Assembly: GCF_963528945.1 (NCBI RefSeq)
Contig: NZ_CAURWX010000003.1
Coordinates: 265,674-329,673, forward strand
Reading direction: 5' to 3'
Source: an uncultured Microbacterium sp.
Lineage (GTDB): Bacteria; Actinomycetota; Actinomycetes; Actinomycetales; Microbacteriaceae
Length of the DNA: 64,000 nucleotides
Both the position numbers and the translations under genes were made by a program. This document shows positions 9,706 through 18,795 of the stretch, piece after piece; positions within the stretch are counted from its first letter, which is position 1, and every line of letters begins with the position of its first letter. The notes under the pieces are model-generated. The model was not told the DNA's origin. It ran no database searches and saw only the letters and a list, made by a program, of their open reading frames with translations.

Positions 9706-11145
9706 GTGAGAGAGAACGACGACCGGGCCAGACGACGACTCTCACGGAACACCCCGCGGTGGGCGATCGTGGCGGTACTCGCCTTCGCCGGCCTGTGCTC
9801 GTCGTTCATGTTCACGCTCGTGGTGCCGCTGCAGGCCGAGCTCCCCGCGCTGCTCGACTCGTCGCGGGAAGACACGACCTGGGTGGTCACCATAACCCTG
9901 CTCGTCGCCGCCGTGGCCACGCCGATCTCGGGGCGTCTCGGCGACATGTACGGCAAACGGCGGGTCGCGATCGCCCTGCTCGCCCTCTTGATCGTGGGGT
10001 CGTTGATTGCGGCGCTGTCGGGGTCGATCGTCGGCGTCATCATCGGCCGCGCCCTGCAGGGAGCCGTGACCGGCGTGGTGCCGCTCGGCATCGCCATCAT
10101 GCGCGACGTGCTGCCGCCGGAGCGCCTCGGCACGGCGGTCGCGCTCATGAGCGCGACCATGGGCGTCGGCGGGGCCATCGGCATGCCGGTGGCCGCCTAC
10201 CTCGCGGTCAACGCCGACTGGCACGCCCTGTTCTGGCTCGCCGCCGCGCTCGGCGTGGTCGGCCTGCTGCTCATCGTCTTCGTCGTGCCGGAAGACGTGC
10301 TGCGCTCCCCCGGGCGTCTCGACATCGTCGGAGCCATCGGACTCGCGATCGGTCTCACCGGCATCCTGCTGTTCGTGTCGCGCGGCGCCGAGTGGGGGTG
10401 GACCGCGCCGTCGACCCTCGCCTGCATCATCGGCGGCGTCGTGGTGCTGCTCGTCTGGGGCTGGTACCAATTGCGCACCGACGACCCGCTGCTCGACCTG
10501 CGGGTCGCCGCCCGACCGGCGGTGCTCTTCACGAACATCGCCGCGATCGGTATGGGCTTCGCCCTGTTCGCGTCGAACGTCACGTTCCCGCAGATGCTCG
10601 AGATGCCGGTCGGCAGCGGAGCCGGCTTCGGGCTCGACATGATCTCGGCGGCTCTCGTGGTGATGCCGGCGGGACTGGTGATGATGGTGATCTCGCCCCT
10701 CTCGGGCTGGTTGGAGCGCACCGTCGGACCGCGCCCACTCTTCACGGTCGGCGCCGCGGCGATCGTGCTCGCCTACGTGTTCGTGCTGATCCTGTCGAGC
10801 GAGGTCTGGCACATCCTCGTCGGCAACCTGCTCATCGGCGTGGGCATCGGCTTCACGTTCGCCGCGATGCCGATGATCATCATGCGGTCGGTGCCGGCGC
10901 ACGAGACGGGCGCGTCTAACGGCCTCAATGCGCTCTTCCGCTCGGTCGGCACCTCGAGCGCGTCGGCCGTGATGGGCGGCGTCCTGGCGGCGATGACCGT
11001 GGATGTCGACGGCGTCGCAGTGCCGACGCACGATGCCTTCCAGGTGTGCTTCTGGCTCGCGATCGCCGCCGGCATCGTCGCCCTCGTGCTGTCGCTGTTC
11101 ATCCCGAAGCAGCGCGCCGAAGAGGCCCACCCCTCCCTCCCCTAG
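9706..11145 (+). CDS. MFS transporter, DHA2 (EmrB/QacA-like, 14-TM) family
   Basis: 479 aa with the GRLGDMYGKRR motif in loop 2-3 and many TM helices. Confidence 0.85.
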   Translation: MRENDDRARRRLSRNTPRWAIVAVLAFAGLCSSFMFTLVVPLQAELPALLDSSREDTTWVVTITLLVAAVATPISGRLGDMYGKRRVAIALLALLIVGSLIAALSGSIVGVIIGRALQGAVTGVVPLGIAIMRDVLPPERLGTAVALMSATMGVGGAIGMPVAAYLAVNADWHALFWLAAALGVVGLLLIVFVVPEDVLRSPGRLDIVGAIGLAIGLTGILLFVSRGAEWGWTAPSTLACIIGGVVVLLVWGWYQLRTDDPLLDLRVAARPAVLFTNIAAIGMGFALFASNVTFPQMLEMPVGSGAGFGLDMISAALVVMPAGLVMMVISPLSGWLERTVGPRPLFTVGAAAIVLAYVFVLILSSEVWHILVGNLLIGVGIGFTFAAMPMIIMRSVPAHETGASNGLNALFRSVGTSSASAVMGGVLAAMTVDVDGVAVPTHDAFQVCFWLAIAAGIVALVLSLFIPKQRAEEAHPSLP

Positions 11146-11207
11146 CCCACGTCCCGCTCCACCCCCGTCCCGCTCCACCCCTACCGCACCCCCACCCCTA
11201 CCGCGGT

Positions 11208-11261
11208 GCGGGATCGATATGTCGGGTTCCCGGCGGCTGCAGCGTGCGATTTCGATCCCGC
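11208..11261. repeat. hairpin repeat family A, copy 2
   Basis: GCGGGATC at 11208-11215 and GATCCCGC at 11254-11261, N38 spacing. The left part is near-identical to copy 1 (CCGCGGTGCGGGATCGATATGTC[A/G]GGTTCC). Confidence 0.85.
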
Positions 11262-11292
11262 ATGCCGCGGATGCCGCGGAGGGACGCGTGGG

Positions 11293-12228
11293 TCAGTGCG
11301 TGTATTCCATGAGCTCGACGCCGAGCACGCGGAAGGCGTCGTGCGCCCGCAGACGGTGGGCGATCGAGAGGTCGTCGAAGCATACGACGAGCGAATAGGC
11401 GACGCCGGCGCGCGGCCCGGCGAGCACGCCGGCCTCGGCGCGCACGCCACGGTCGCGACCGGTCTTGTTGACGAACAGCAGCCCGTGGGCGTCGTGGTCG
11501 TGCGCGAAGGGATCGAGCCCGGTGGATGCCGCGACCAGGCTCAGATCCTGATTGAGGCTCAGCCACTCCGACACTTGGGCGCTCACGGCCGCGTCGACGA
11601 CCGACGAGTTGACGAGCGCCGAGAACAGCCCGGCGAACTCGCGGGTCGATCCGACGGCGACCTGCGGAGCATCGTCGGGGCCGCGGAGGTCGCGGAACCG
11701 GTCGAGCAGAGCGGTGCGGCGCAGACCGAGGGCGTCGATGCGCTCGCGCACTCGATCGTGCCCCACCTTCTGCAGCAGCGCGTTGACGGCGATGGGGTCG
11801 CCCGCGGTCGCCGCGAGCACCGCGAGGTCGGCGAGGGGCAGGGCCGGGGCGTGCAGGTGACGCCACAGGCCGGACGACGAGACCTCATCGACGCTCGTGC
11901 GTTCGATGATCTCGAGCGGGTCGAGCGCGCCGCTCTCGAAGCCCGCGGCCACTTCGATGAGCAACGGCACGACACCGAGGCCGCCCACGGGCATCGTGAC
12001 GTGGTCGTCGCCCGAGAGGACGTGCTCGTGGGAGTCGAGGTCGACGACGTGCACCGACACCTGCGCACCGGACTGCGCGAGATTCTCGAGTGCCCGCAGC
12101 GTGGCCGTGAACGAGCGACGACCCACGGCCGCCCGTCGGGGGAGGCGCCGGTGCGGGCGCTGCGATCCGCGCAGCACCGCGCGGGGGCCGTCGACCGGCT
12201 CCGGATTCGAGGAGGAGAGAGCGCCCAC
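11293..12228 (-). CDS. class A beta-lactamase-fold (serine hydrolase-like) protein, probably catalytically degenerate
   Basis: 311 aa. By-eye alignment to the TEM-type fold keeps KTG (VNKTG). The SxxK position reads GLGV, the SDN position reads GDP, and E166 aligns to R. Confidence 0.6.
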   Translation of the reverse strand: MGALSSSNPEPVDGPRAVLRGSQRPHRRLPRRAAVGRRSFTATLRALENLAQSGAQVSVHVVDLDSHEHVLSGDDHVTMPVGGLGVVPLLIEVAAGFESGALDPLEIIERTSVDEVSSSGLWRHLHAPALPLADLAVLAATAGDPIAVNALLQKVGHDRVRERIDALGLRRTALLDRFRDLRGPDDAPQVAVGSTREFAGLFSALVNSSVVDAAVSAQVSEWLSLNQDLSLVAASTGLDPFAHDHDAHGLLFVNKTGRDRGVRAEAGVLAGPRAGVAYSLVVCFDDLSIAHRLRAHDAFRVLGVELMEYTH

Positions 12229-12273
12229 GCGTGATCCTTACGGGGGATGGGATGTGGGGGATGCCGTGAGCTC

Positions 12274-12312
12274 GTCCGCACGGCACGGATATCGTACCCC
12301 CGCCGTGCGGAC
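12274..12312 (-). terminator. stem-loop terminator candidate downstream of the M13 peptidase gene
   Basis: Perfect 11-bp stem GTCCGCACGGC/GCCGTGCGGAC with a 17-nt loop, 25 nt beyond the stop. No U-tract. Confidence 0.5.
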
Positions 12313-12336
12313 GGCCTCATGGTGCGAGGCGATTGG

Positions 12337-14301
12337 TCACCAGATCGTCACGCGCTCGTTCTCGTCGAGCCAGAGTGCATCGCCGGGCGTCACGTCGAAC
12401 GCGCGGTAGAACGCGTCGATGTTGCGCACGATCTGGTTGCAGCGGAACTCGTTCGGGGAGTGCGGGTCGATCGTGAGCAGACGCAGGGTCTCGGCGTCGC
12501 GGCTCTTCTGCTGCCACACCTGCGCCCAGGAGAGCAGCAGGCGCTGCACCCCGGTCAGACCGTCGATGACGGGAGCGTCAGCGCCGTGGAGCGACAGCTC
12601 GTAGGCCTTGAGCGCGATACCGAGACCGCCCAGGTCACCGATGTTCTCGCCGATCGTCAGCGCGCCGTTCACGTGGTGCGCGGCGTCGAGCCCCTCCGGC
12701 ACGAGCGCGTCGTACTGCGCGATCAGAGCCTTGGTGCGCTCCTCGAACGCCGCGCGGTCAGCATCCGTCCACCAATCCTCGAGGCGGCCTTCGCCGTCGT
12801 AGCGGCTGCCCTGGTCGTCGAAGCCGTGACCGATCTCGTGGCCGATGACGGCGCCGATCCCTCCGTAGTTGGCGGCTGCGTCTCGGCCCGCGTCGAAGAA
12901 CGGGTACTGCAGGATCGCGGCGGGGAAGACGATCTCGTTCATCGACGGGTTGTAGTACGCGTTGACCATCTGCGGCGGCATGTGCCACTCGTCGCGATCG
13001 ATCGGCGCGCCGACCTTGTCGATGTTGCGGTCGTGCTCGAAGATCGCGGCGCGGCGCACGTTGCCGAACAGGTCGTCGCGGTCGATCTCGAGCGAGGAGT
13101 AGTCGCGCCACACCTCGGGGTGACCGATCTTGGGGGTGAAGGAGTCGAGCTTGGCGAGGGCGCGCTCCCGCGTCTCGGGGGTCATCCACTCGAGGTCGGT
13201 GATGCTGCGTCGGTACGCCTCGATAAGGTTCGCCACGAGCTCGTCCATCGCGGCCTTGGCCGTCGGCGGGTAGTGGCGCTCGACGTAGACCTTGCCGATC
13301 GCTTCGCCCATGGCGCCCTCGGTCAGCGAGACGCCGCGCTTCCATCGCTCGCGGATCGTGGGCACACCGGTGAGCTCGGTGCCGTAGAACGAGAAGTTCT
13401 CCTGCACGATCTCGTCGGTGAGGTACGGGGCCGCGGCGTGCACGGCCTTGGCCCGGAGCCAGGCCTTCCAGTCGTCGAGACGCGCCTCGACGAGCAACGA
13501 GCCCAGACCCTCGAAGAAGCTGGGCTGGGCCACGACGACCTCGTCGAAGGCGGCCGGGTTCGACGGCGTCACGGCCTCGCGCCAGGGCGTCAGGTCGACG
13601 CCCGCGAGAGCCTGCAGCTCGTCCCAGGTCTTGAGGTTGTAGGTGGCGACCGCGTCGCGGCTGCGCACGTTGTCCCAGTGGTGCGTCGCCAGCTCGGTCT
13701 CGAGCGCGATGGAGCGCTCGGCCTGCCCCTCGGCCTCCGCCACCCCCGCCAGTGCCAGCAGACGGCCGAGGTGCGCGCGGTACGCGGCACGGGTGCCCTC
13801 GAAGGCGTCGAGTCGGAAGTAGCTCTCGTCGGGCAGCGACAGCCCCGCCTGCACCAGCACGGGAAGGTAGCGCTCGGGGTTTCCGGGGTCGCCGTCGACG
13901 TAGAGACCGACCACGGCGGCGCGCCCGTCGCGGTCGTACGCTCCGACCGTGCGGAGCAGCGCCGGGATGCCGTCGATCGCGTCGATCTCGGCGAGGGTCT
14001 CGGCGAGCGGGCTCGTGCCCGCGTCGGCGATGCGCTCGGTGTCCATGAAGCTGGCGAACAGGTCGCCGATCTTGCGCGCCGTGGTACCGGGCTCGGCCTG
14101 CTGCGACTCCTCGATGATCGCGCGCACGTCGGCCTCGGCCTGCTCGGCGAGGAGGTGGAACGAGCCCCAGCGGGCCTTGTCGCCCGGGATCTCGGTGCGC
14201 GAGAGCCAGGCGCCGTTGACGTGGCGGTAGAGGTCGTCCTGCGGGCGGATGTCGGAGCTGAACTCGTCGAGGGCGAGGCCCGAAGGAAGCGCGTCTGTCA
14301 T
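12337..14301 (-). CDS. M13 family zinc metallopeptidase (PepO/endothelin-converting-enzyme-like)
   Basis: 654 aa with HEIGHGFD (HExxH) and GENIGDLGG motifs. The ATG at 14301 is preceded by TAGGGT-N7. Confidence 0.9.
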   Translation of the reverse strand: MTDALPSGLALDEFSSDIRPQDDLYRHVNGAWLSRTEIPGDKARWGSFHLLAEQAEADVRAIIEESQQAEPGTTARKIGDLFASFMDTERIADAGTSPLAETLAEIDAIDGIPALLRTVGAYDRDGRAAVVGLYVDGDPGNPERYLPVLVQAGLSLPDESYFRLDAFEGTRAAYRAHLGRLLALAGVAEAEGQAERSIALETELATHHWDNVRSRDAVATYNLKTWDELQALAGVDLTPWREAVTPSNPAAFDEVVVAQPSFFEGLGSLLVEARLDDWKAWLRAKAVHAAAPYLTDEIVQENFSFYGTELTGVPTIRERWKRGVSLTEGAMGEAIGKVYVERHYPPTAKAAMDELVANLIEAYRRSITDLEWMTPETRERALAKLDSFTPKIGHPEVWRDYSSLEIDRDDLFGNVRRAAIFEHDRNIDKVGAPIDRDEWHMPPQMVNAYYNPSMNEIVFPAAILQYPFFDAGRDAAANYGGIGAVIGHEIGHGFDDQGSRYDGEGRLEDWWTDADRAAFEERTKALIAQYDALVPEGLDAAHHVNGALTIGENIGDLGGLGIALKAYELSLHGADAPVIDGLTGVQRLLLSWAQVWQQKSRDAETLRLLTIDPHSPNEFRCNQIVRNIDAFYRAFDVTPGDALWLDENERVTIW

Positions 14302-14354
14302 GCCTTCCACCCTAGGACGGGTCCCCGACATCGTGTCCAGCGGATGCTCTGGAA

Positions 14355-14936
14355 TCACTCCGCGCGACGGCGACCCCACCGGAACCGACGGCGGGGAGGG
14401 AGCGGATCCGCCGGCGCGATCGCCGCGGCTCGACGTGCACGGCGCTCGGTCCAGGCCTCCACCTCGGCGTCGACGTCGCGGGTCGTCGTGACCACGGGCG
14501 GACCGCCGAGCAGCTGGCGACGCGCCTCGACGACGCGACGGTTGAAGTCGTCGAGCACCGCCCGCACATCGGCCTCCCGACCGAGCAGATCGAGCTGCGC
14601 GTCGAGTCCGCGGTCCTCCTCGCGCAGCAGCAGCGCCGGCGGCCCCAGCCCCGTGAGGTTCTCGGTCTCGATCTTGCGGCGGATCCACCAGTCGGGGTCG
14701 TGATGGTCGCCGAGCCCCTCGATGGGCTTCCCCGCTCCCGGCAGATCGTCGAACTCGCCCCGGCGGATCGCGACCTGGATGGCCGATTCGATGAACGCCG
14801 CCCGGTCGACGGCGGCACCGATCCCGGGCGCCGGCGCGGTTCCCGCCGCCTCACCGGCATCCCCCGCGTCGGATGCCGTCTCGCGCGCCTGCTGCCGGGC
14901 GCGGTAGCGCGCCGCCTGCTCGCGGGGGTCCGTCAT
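14355..14936 (-). CDS. DUF1992 (DnaJC28-like) domain protein
   Basis: 193 aa. The IESAIQVAIRRGEFDDLPGAGKPI core is typical of DUF1992. GGAG RBS. Confidence 0.65.
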   Translation of the reverse strand: MTDPREQAARYRARQQARETASDAGDAGEAAGTAPAPGIGAAVDRAAFIESAIQVAIRRGEFDDLPGAGKPIEGLGDHHDPDWWIRRKIETENLTGLGPPALLLREEDRGLDAQLDLLGREADVRAVLDDFNRRVVEARRQLLGGPPVVTTTRDVDAEVEAWTERRARRAAAIAPADPLPPRRRFRWGRRRAE

Positions 14937-15039
14937 GATGCTCCGTTCTGCCGCATCCGGGGTCTTCCAGCGTACGACGGCGCCACCGGAGCGGCTCCGG
15001 GTCCCGCGCGGTGTCGGCGGCAGCCCATAGGCTCGGAGG

Positions 15040-16359
15040 ATGGCGACGCGCTCCCTCAACCGAGAGATCCTGCGTCTCGCCGTCCCCGCACTCGGGGCCC
15101 TCATCGCCGAGCCCGCGTTCCTCATCGTCGACGCGGCGCTGGTCGGGCACCTCGGCACGACGCCTCTGGCCGGCCTCGGCATCGCCGGCGCCGTGCTGCA
15201 GACGATCGTCGGCCTCATGGTGTTCCTCGCCTACTCCACCACCCCCGCCGTCGCGCGCCGTTTCGGGGCCGGGCGCCCCGGCGAAGCGGTGTCGGTGGGT
15301 ATCAACGGCATGTGGTTGGCTCTCGCCCTCGGCTCCGTGCTCGCGGTGCTCGGCGCGGTGTCGTCGCCGTGGCTGGTGTCGCTGTTCGGTGCGGGCGATG
15401 CCGTCGCCGCGCAGGCGAACGACTACCTCGTCATCTCGATGTGGGGTCTTCCCGCCATGCTGATCGTCTTCGCCGCGACCGGCCTGCTGCGCGGCATGCA
15501 AGACACGGTGACGCCGCTGTGGATCGCCGGCCTCGGCTTCGGCGCCAACGCTCTGCTGAACGTGCTGTTCATCTACGGTTTCGGCTGGGGCATCGCGGGA
15601 TCGGCGGCCGGCACCGTCACGGCCCAGTGGGGCATGGTCGGCGCATACGCCCTGGTGGTCCGCCGTCTCGCCACACGGCACAGCGCCTCGCTGCGCGCGC
15701 AGCGCGAGGGACTGCGCTCGACCGCGCGATCGGGCGGCTGGCTGTTCCTGCGTACCGTGAGCCTTCGCGTCGCCCTGCTCGCGACCGTCGCGGTCGCCAC
15801 GGGTGTCGGCACCGCCGAACTCGCGGGGTGGCAGATCGTGTTCACGATCTTCTCGGCGGCGGCCTTCGCGCTCGACGCGCTCGCGATCGCCGCCCAGGCC
15901 CTCATCGGCAAGGAGATCGGCGCCGGCGACCCGCAGCAGGTGCGGCGGGTGCTCGCGCGCACCGTGGCGTGGGGCGTCTGGTTCGGCGTACTGGTGGGAG
16001 CGGTGATCGCCGCGCTCTCCGGTGTCCTGGGCATCGTGTTCACGGGCGATCCGGAGGTGGCCGCCCTGGTGCAGCCCGCCCTGCTCGTGCTCGCCGTCGG
16101 GCAGCCGGTGGCCGGCGTGGTGTTCGTGCTCGACGGGGTGCTGATGGGGGCCGACGACGCCCGCTATCTCGCGATCGCCGGGGGCCTCAACCTCGTGCCG
16201 TTCCTCCCCTGTCTCTGGATCATCGCGGCCCTGGGTCTCGACGGCACCGCCGGACTCATCTGGCTCGCGGTGGCGTTCTTCGGGGTCTACCTGCTGGCGC
16301 GCCTCGCGACGCTCGGGTGGCGCGTGCGCTCGGGCCGCTGGACCACGCTCGACGCGTGA
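15040..16359 (+). CDS. MATE family efflux transporter (DinF-like)
   Basis: 439 aa, 12 TM segments, N-terminal REILRLAVPALGALIAEP. TAGGCT-N6-ATG. Confidence 0.85.
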   Translation: MATRSLNREILRLAVPALGALIAEPAFLIVDAALVGHLGTTPLAGLGIAGAVLQTIVGLMVFLAYSTTPAVARRFGAGRPGEAVSVGINGMWLALALGSVLAVLGAVSSPWLVSLFGAGDAVAAQANDYLVISMWGLPAMLIVFAATGLLRGMQDTVTPLWIAGLGFGANALLNVLFIYGFGWGIAGSAAGTVTAQWGMVGAYALVVRRLATRHSASLRAQREGLRSTARSGGWLFLRTVSLRVALLATVAVATGVGTAELAGWQIVFTIFSAAAFALDALAIAAQALIGKEIGAGDPQQVRRVLARTVAWGVWFGVLVGAVIAALSGVLGIVFTGDPEVAALVQPALLVLAVGQPVAGVVFVLDGVLMGADDARYLAIAGGLNLVPFLPCLWIIAALGLDGTAGLIWLAVAFFGVYLLARLATLGWRVRSGRWTTLDA

Positions 16360-16402
16360 GCGCGCGCCGCACCACATTCACTCGGCGCGCGTCGCGCCAC
16401 AT

Positions 16403-17056
16403 TCACTCCGCGTAGCGCCGGCACCACTCGTACATGATCACCGCGGCGGCGGCGCTGGCGTTGATCGATCGCGTCGAGCCGTACTGGGTGATCTCGACAT
16501 GGGCGGATGCCGCGGCGAGCGCCTCCTCCGACAGCCCCGGCCCTTCCTGACCGAACAGCAGCACGCATCGTTCCGGCAGCTCGGCGCGATTCACCGGGAC
16601 CGACCCGTCGACGTTGTCGACGGCGACGATCGGCATCCGCTCGCCGGCGGCCCAGGCGGAGAATGCCGCGATGTCCTCGTGGTGCACGACGTGCTGGTAC
16701 CGGTCGGTGACCATTGCGCCGCGCTTGTTCCACCGTCGACGCCCGATGATGTGCACGGTGTCGGCGAGGAAGGCATTGGCGCTGCGCACGATCGAGCCGA
16801 TGTTCATGTCGTGCTGCCAGTTCTCGATGGCGACGTGGAACGGATGCCGTCGCGTGTCGAGGTCGGCGACGATCGCCTCCATGCGCCAGTAGCGGTAGCG
16901 GTCGATGACGTTGCGCGTGTCTCCGTGTGCGAGCAGTTCGGGGTCGTACTCCTCGCCGTCCGGCCAGTTGGTGGGCCCGCCGGGGAACGGTCCGACACCG
17001 TGCGTGGTGCGCTCCGGAGTCTCCTCCGGGGTCTCGGCCGTCGACTGCTCTTCCAT
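16403..17056 (-). CDS. TrmH/SpoU family RNA 2'-O-methyltransferase
   Basis: 217 aa with NIGSIVRSANAF, LLFGQEGPGLS and SINASAAAAVIMYE motifs. Confidence 0.85.
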   Translation of the reverse strand: MEEQSTAETPEETPERTTHGVGPFPGGPTNWPDGEEYDPELLAHGDTRNVIDRYRYWRMEAIVADLDTRRHPFHVAIENWQHDMNIGSIVRSANAFLADTVHIIGRRRWNKRGAMVTDRYQHVVHHEDIAAFSAWAAGERMPIVAVDNVDGSVPVNRAELPERCVLLFGQEGPGLSEEALAAASAHVEITQYGSTRSINASAAAAVIMYEWCRRYAE

Positions 17057-17062
17057 CCCGCC

Positions 17063-17068
17063 AGGCTA
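17063..17068 (-). promoter_or_regulatory. -10-like TAGCCT (minus strand), 6 nt before the ATG of the trmH-like gene
   Basis: Reverse complement reads TAGCCT-N6-ATG(17056). Confidence 0.35.
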
Positions 17069-17090
17069 GCCGCCTGGTCCACAGCGGGTA

Positions 17091-17106
17091 TTTCGGCGCA
17101 CCGAAA
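17091..17106. promoter_or_regulatory. palindrome TTTCGGCGCACCGAAA, candidate MntR/DtxR-family operator (site 1)
   Basis: TTTCGG-N4-CCGAAA inverted repeat in the trmH/mntH divergent region. Confidence 0.45.
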
Positions 17107-17118
17107 AGTTGGCTAGGG

Positions 17119-17134
17119 TTTCGGTGTGCCGAAA
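17119..17134. promoter_or_regulatory. palindrome TTTCGGTGTGCCGAAA, candidate MntR operator (site 2)
   Basis: Second TTTCGG-N4-CCGAAA copy 28 bp downstream of site 1. It overlaps the first possible mntH start codon. Confidence 0.45.
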
Positions 17135-18421
17135 AATCCCCGTGTGATCGAGAAGCCCCGCCCGGCGGCCGCGCCGCCGCGCAGCCTCTGGCTGCTCGGG
17201 CCCGCACTCGTGGCCGGAGTCGCGTACCTCGATCCCGGCAACGTCGCGAGCAACATGACGGCGGGGGCGCAATACGGCTACCTGCTGGTGTGGGTCGTGG
17301 TCGTCGGCAACGTGATGGCGTGGCTGATCCAGTACCTCTCGGCGAAGCTCGGCGTCGTGACCGGTCAGAGCCTCCCCGAGGTGCTCGGGTCCCGACTGCG
17401 CAACCGCTGGGCTCGTCGCGCGTACTGGCTGCAGGCCGAGCTGGTGGCGATGGCGACCGATCTCGCCGAGGTCATCGGCGGTGCCGTCGCGTTGAATCTG
17501 CTCTTCGACGTGCCGCTGCTGCTCGGCGGGCTCATCACCGGCGCCGTCTCGATGGTCCTCCTCGCGGTGCAGGCGCGCCGCGGCGCCCGACCGTTCGAGT
17601 TCGTCATCGTCGGCCTCATGGTCATCATCACGGTCGGCTTCGTCGCCGGCGTCTTCATCGCACCCCCCGACCCCGCGGGGGTGGCGGGCGGCCTGGTACC
17701 GCGCTTCGACGACACGGGGTCGGTGCTGCTCGCGGCATCCATCCTCGGCGCGACGATCATGCCTCACGCCATCTACGCGCATTCCGCACTCACCCGCGAT
17801 CGGTTCGGCGCACGCGGCCGACAGCCGGCGGATGCCGAGGCCGAGACCGCCCGCACCGAGGCCGGCCGCATCCGCCGCCTGCTCGCGGCGACCCGGTGGG
17901 ACGTGACGATCGCGATGATCATCGCGGGGTCGGTGAACCTCGGCATCCTTCTGCTCGCCGCCGCGAACCTCGCCGGCGTCGCGGGAACCGATTCGCTCGA
18001 GGGCGCCCACGCCGCCCTCGCCGCCGGCCTCGGACCGGTCGTGGCGACGTTCTTCGCGGTGGGACTGCTGGCCTCCGGCCTCGCCTCGACCTCCGTCGGG
18101 GCCTACGCCGGCGCCGAGATCATGCAGGGCCTCCTGCAGGTGCGCATCCCGCTGCTCGCCCGACGCATCATCACCCTCCTCCCCGCCCTCGCGATCCTCG
18201 GATTCGGCGTCGACCCGACCCTCGCGCTCGTGCTCAGCCAGGTGGTGCTGTCGTTCGGCATCCCGTTCGCGTTGATTCCTCTCGTGGCGCTGACCGCCCA
18301 AAAGCGCACTTTAGGCGTCTGGGCGAACCGGGGATTCACGACCGCCGCGGGTGTCATCGCCTCGGTGCTGCTCATCGCCCTCAACGCCGCCCTGCTCTGG
18401 CTCGTGCTCACCGGCGCGTGA
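17126..18421 (+). CDS. mntH: Nramp family divalent metal (Mn2+/Fe2+) transporter
   Basis: 431 aa with the GPALVAGVAYLDPGNVASN (DPGN) motif. The start is uncertain (GTG 17126 or in-frame GTG 17144). Confidence 0.9.
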   Translation: MPKNPRVIEKPRPAAAPPRSLWLLGPALVAGVAYLDPGNVASNMTAGAQYGYLLVWVVVVGNVMAWLIQYLSAKLGVVTGQSLPEVLGSRLRNRWARRAYWLQAELVAMATDLAEVIGGAVALNLLFDVPLLLGGLITGAVSMVLLAVQARRGARPFEFVIVGLMVIITVGFVAGVFIAPPDPAGVAGGLVPRFDDTGSVLLAASILGATIMPHAIYAHSALTRDRFGARGRQPADAEAETARTEAGRIRRLLAATRWDVTIAMIIAGSVNLGILLLAAANLAGVAGTDSLEGAHAALAAGLGPVVATFFAVGLLASGLASTSVGAYAGAEIMQGLLQVRIPLLARRIITLLPALAILGFGVDPTLALVLSQVVLSFGIPFALIPLVALTAQKRTLGVWANRGFTTAAGVIASVLLIALNAALLWLVLTGA

Positions 18422-18456
18422 CGACGGCCGATCCGTGCGCGGATAGGCTCGACGTC

Positions 18457-18756
18457 ATGTCCGCCGAGTCCGCCGATCACCGCGTCCGCCTCCTCACCTG
18501 GTTCGCCCTCGCGACCGGCGCGCTCGGGGCGGTGCTCGTCGCCGTGCCCTCGCTGCTCCCGATCGGCGGCCCGTGGGCGCAGCTCGCCCTCGGCATCGTC
18601 ACCCTGGTGCTCGCGTTCCGCGCCCGACGCATCGGCATCGCCGAGGTCGAGGACTACGACGGACGCCTGTCGCTGCTCGCCGCGATCCTCGGCTTCATCG
18701 TGGTCTTCTTCGCCGGGCAGGTCGCGTTCGGGCTGCTCGTCGCCCTCGCGAACTGA
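18457..18756 (+). CDS. small membrane protein (3 predicted TM)
   Basis: 99 aa with high GC3. TAGGCT-N7-ATG. Located between mntH and mntR. Confidence 0.5.
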   Translation: MSAESADHRVRLLTWFALATGALGAVLVAVPSLLPIGGPWAQLALGIVTLVLAFRARRIGIAEVEDYDGRLSLLAAILGFIVVFFAGQVAFGLLVALAN

Positions 18757-18783
18757 CGCCAGGGTCGCGCAGGCCCGCCCGTT

Positions 18784-18789
18784 TAGACT
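18784..18789 (+). promoter_or_regulatory. -10 hexamer TAGACT, 6 nt before the GTG of the mntR-like gene (leaderless layout)
   Basis: TAGACT-N6-GTG(18796). Confidence 0.4.
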
Positions 18790-18795
18790 GGGGCG

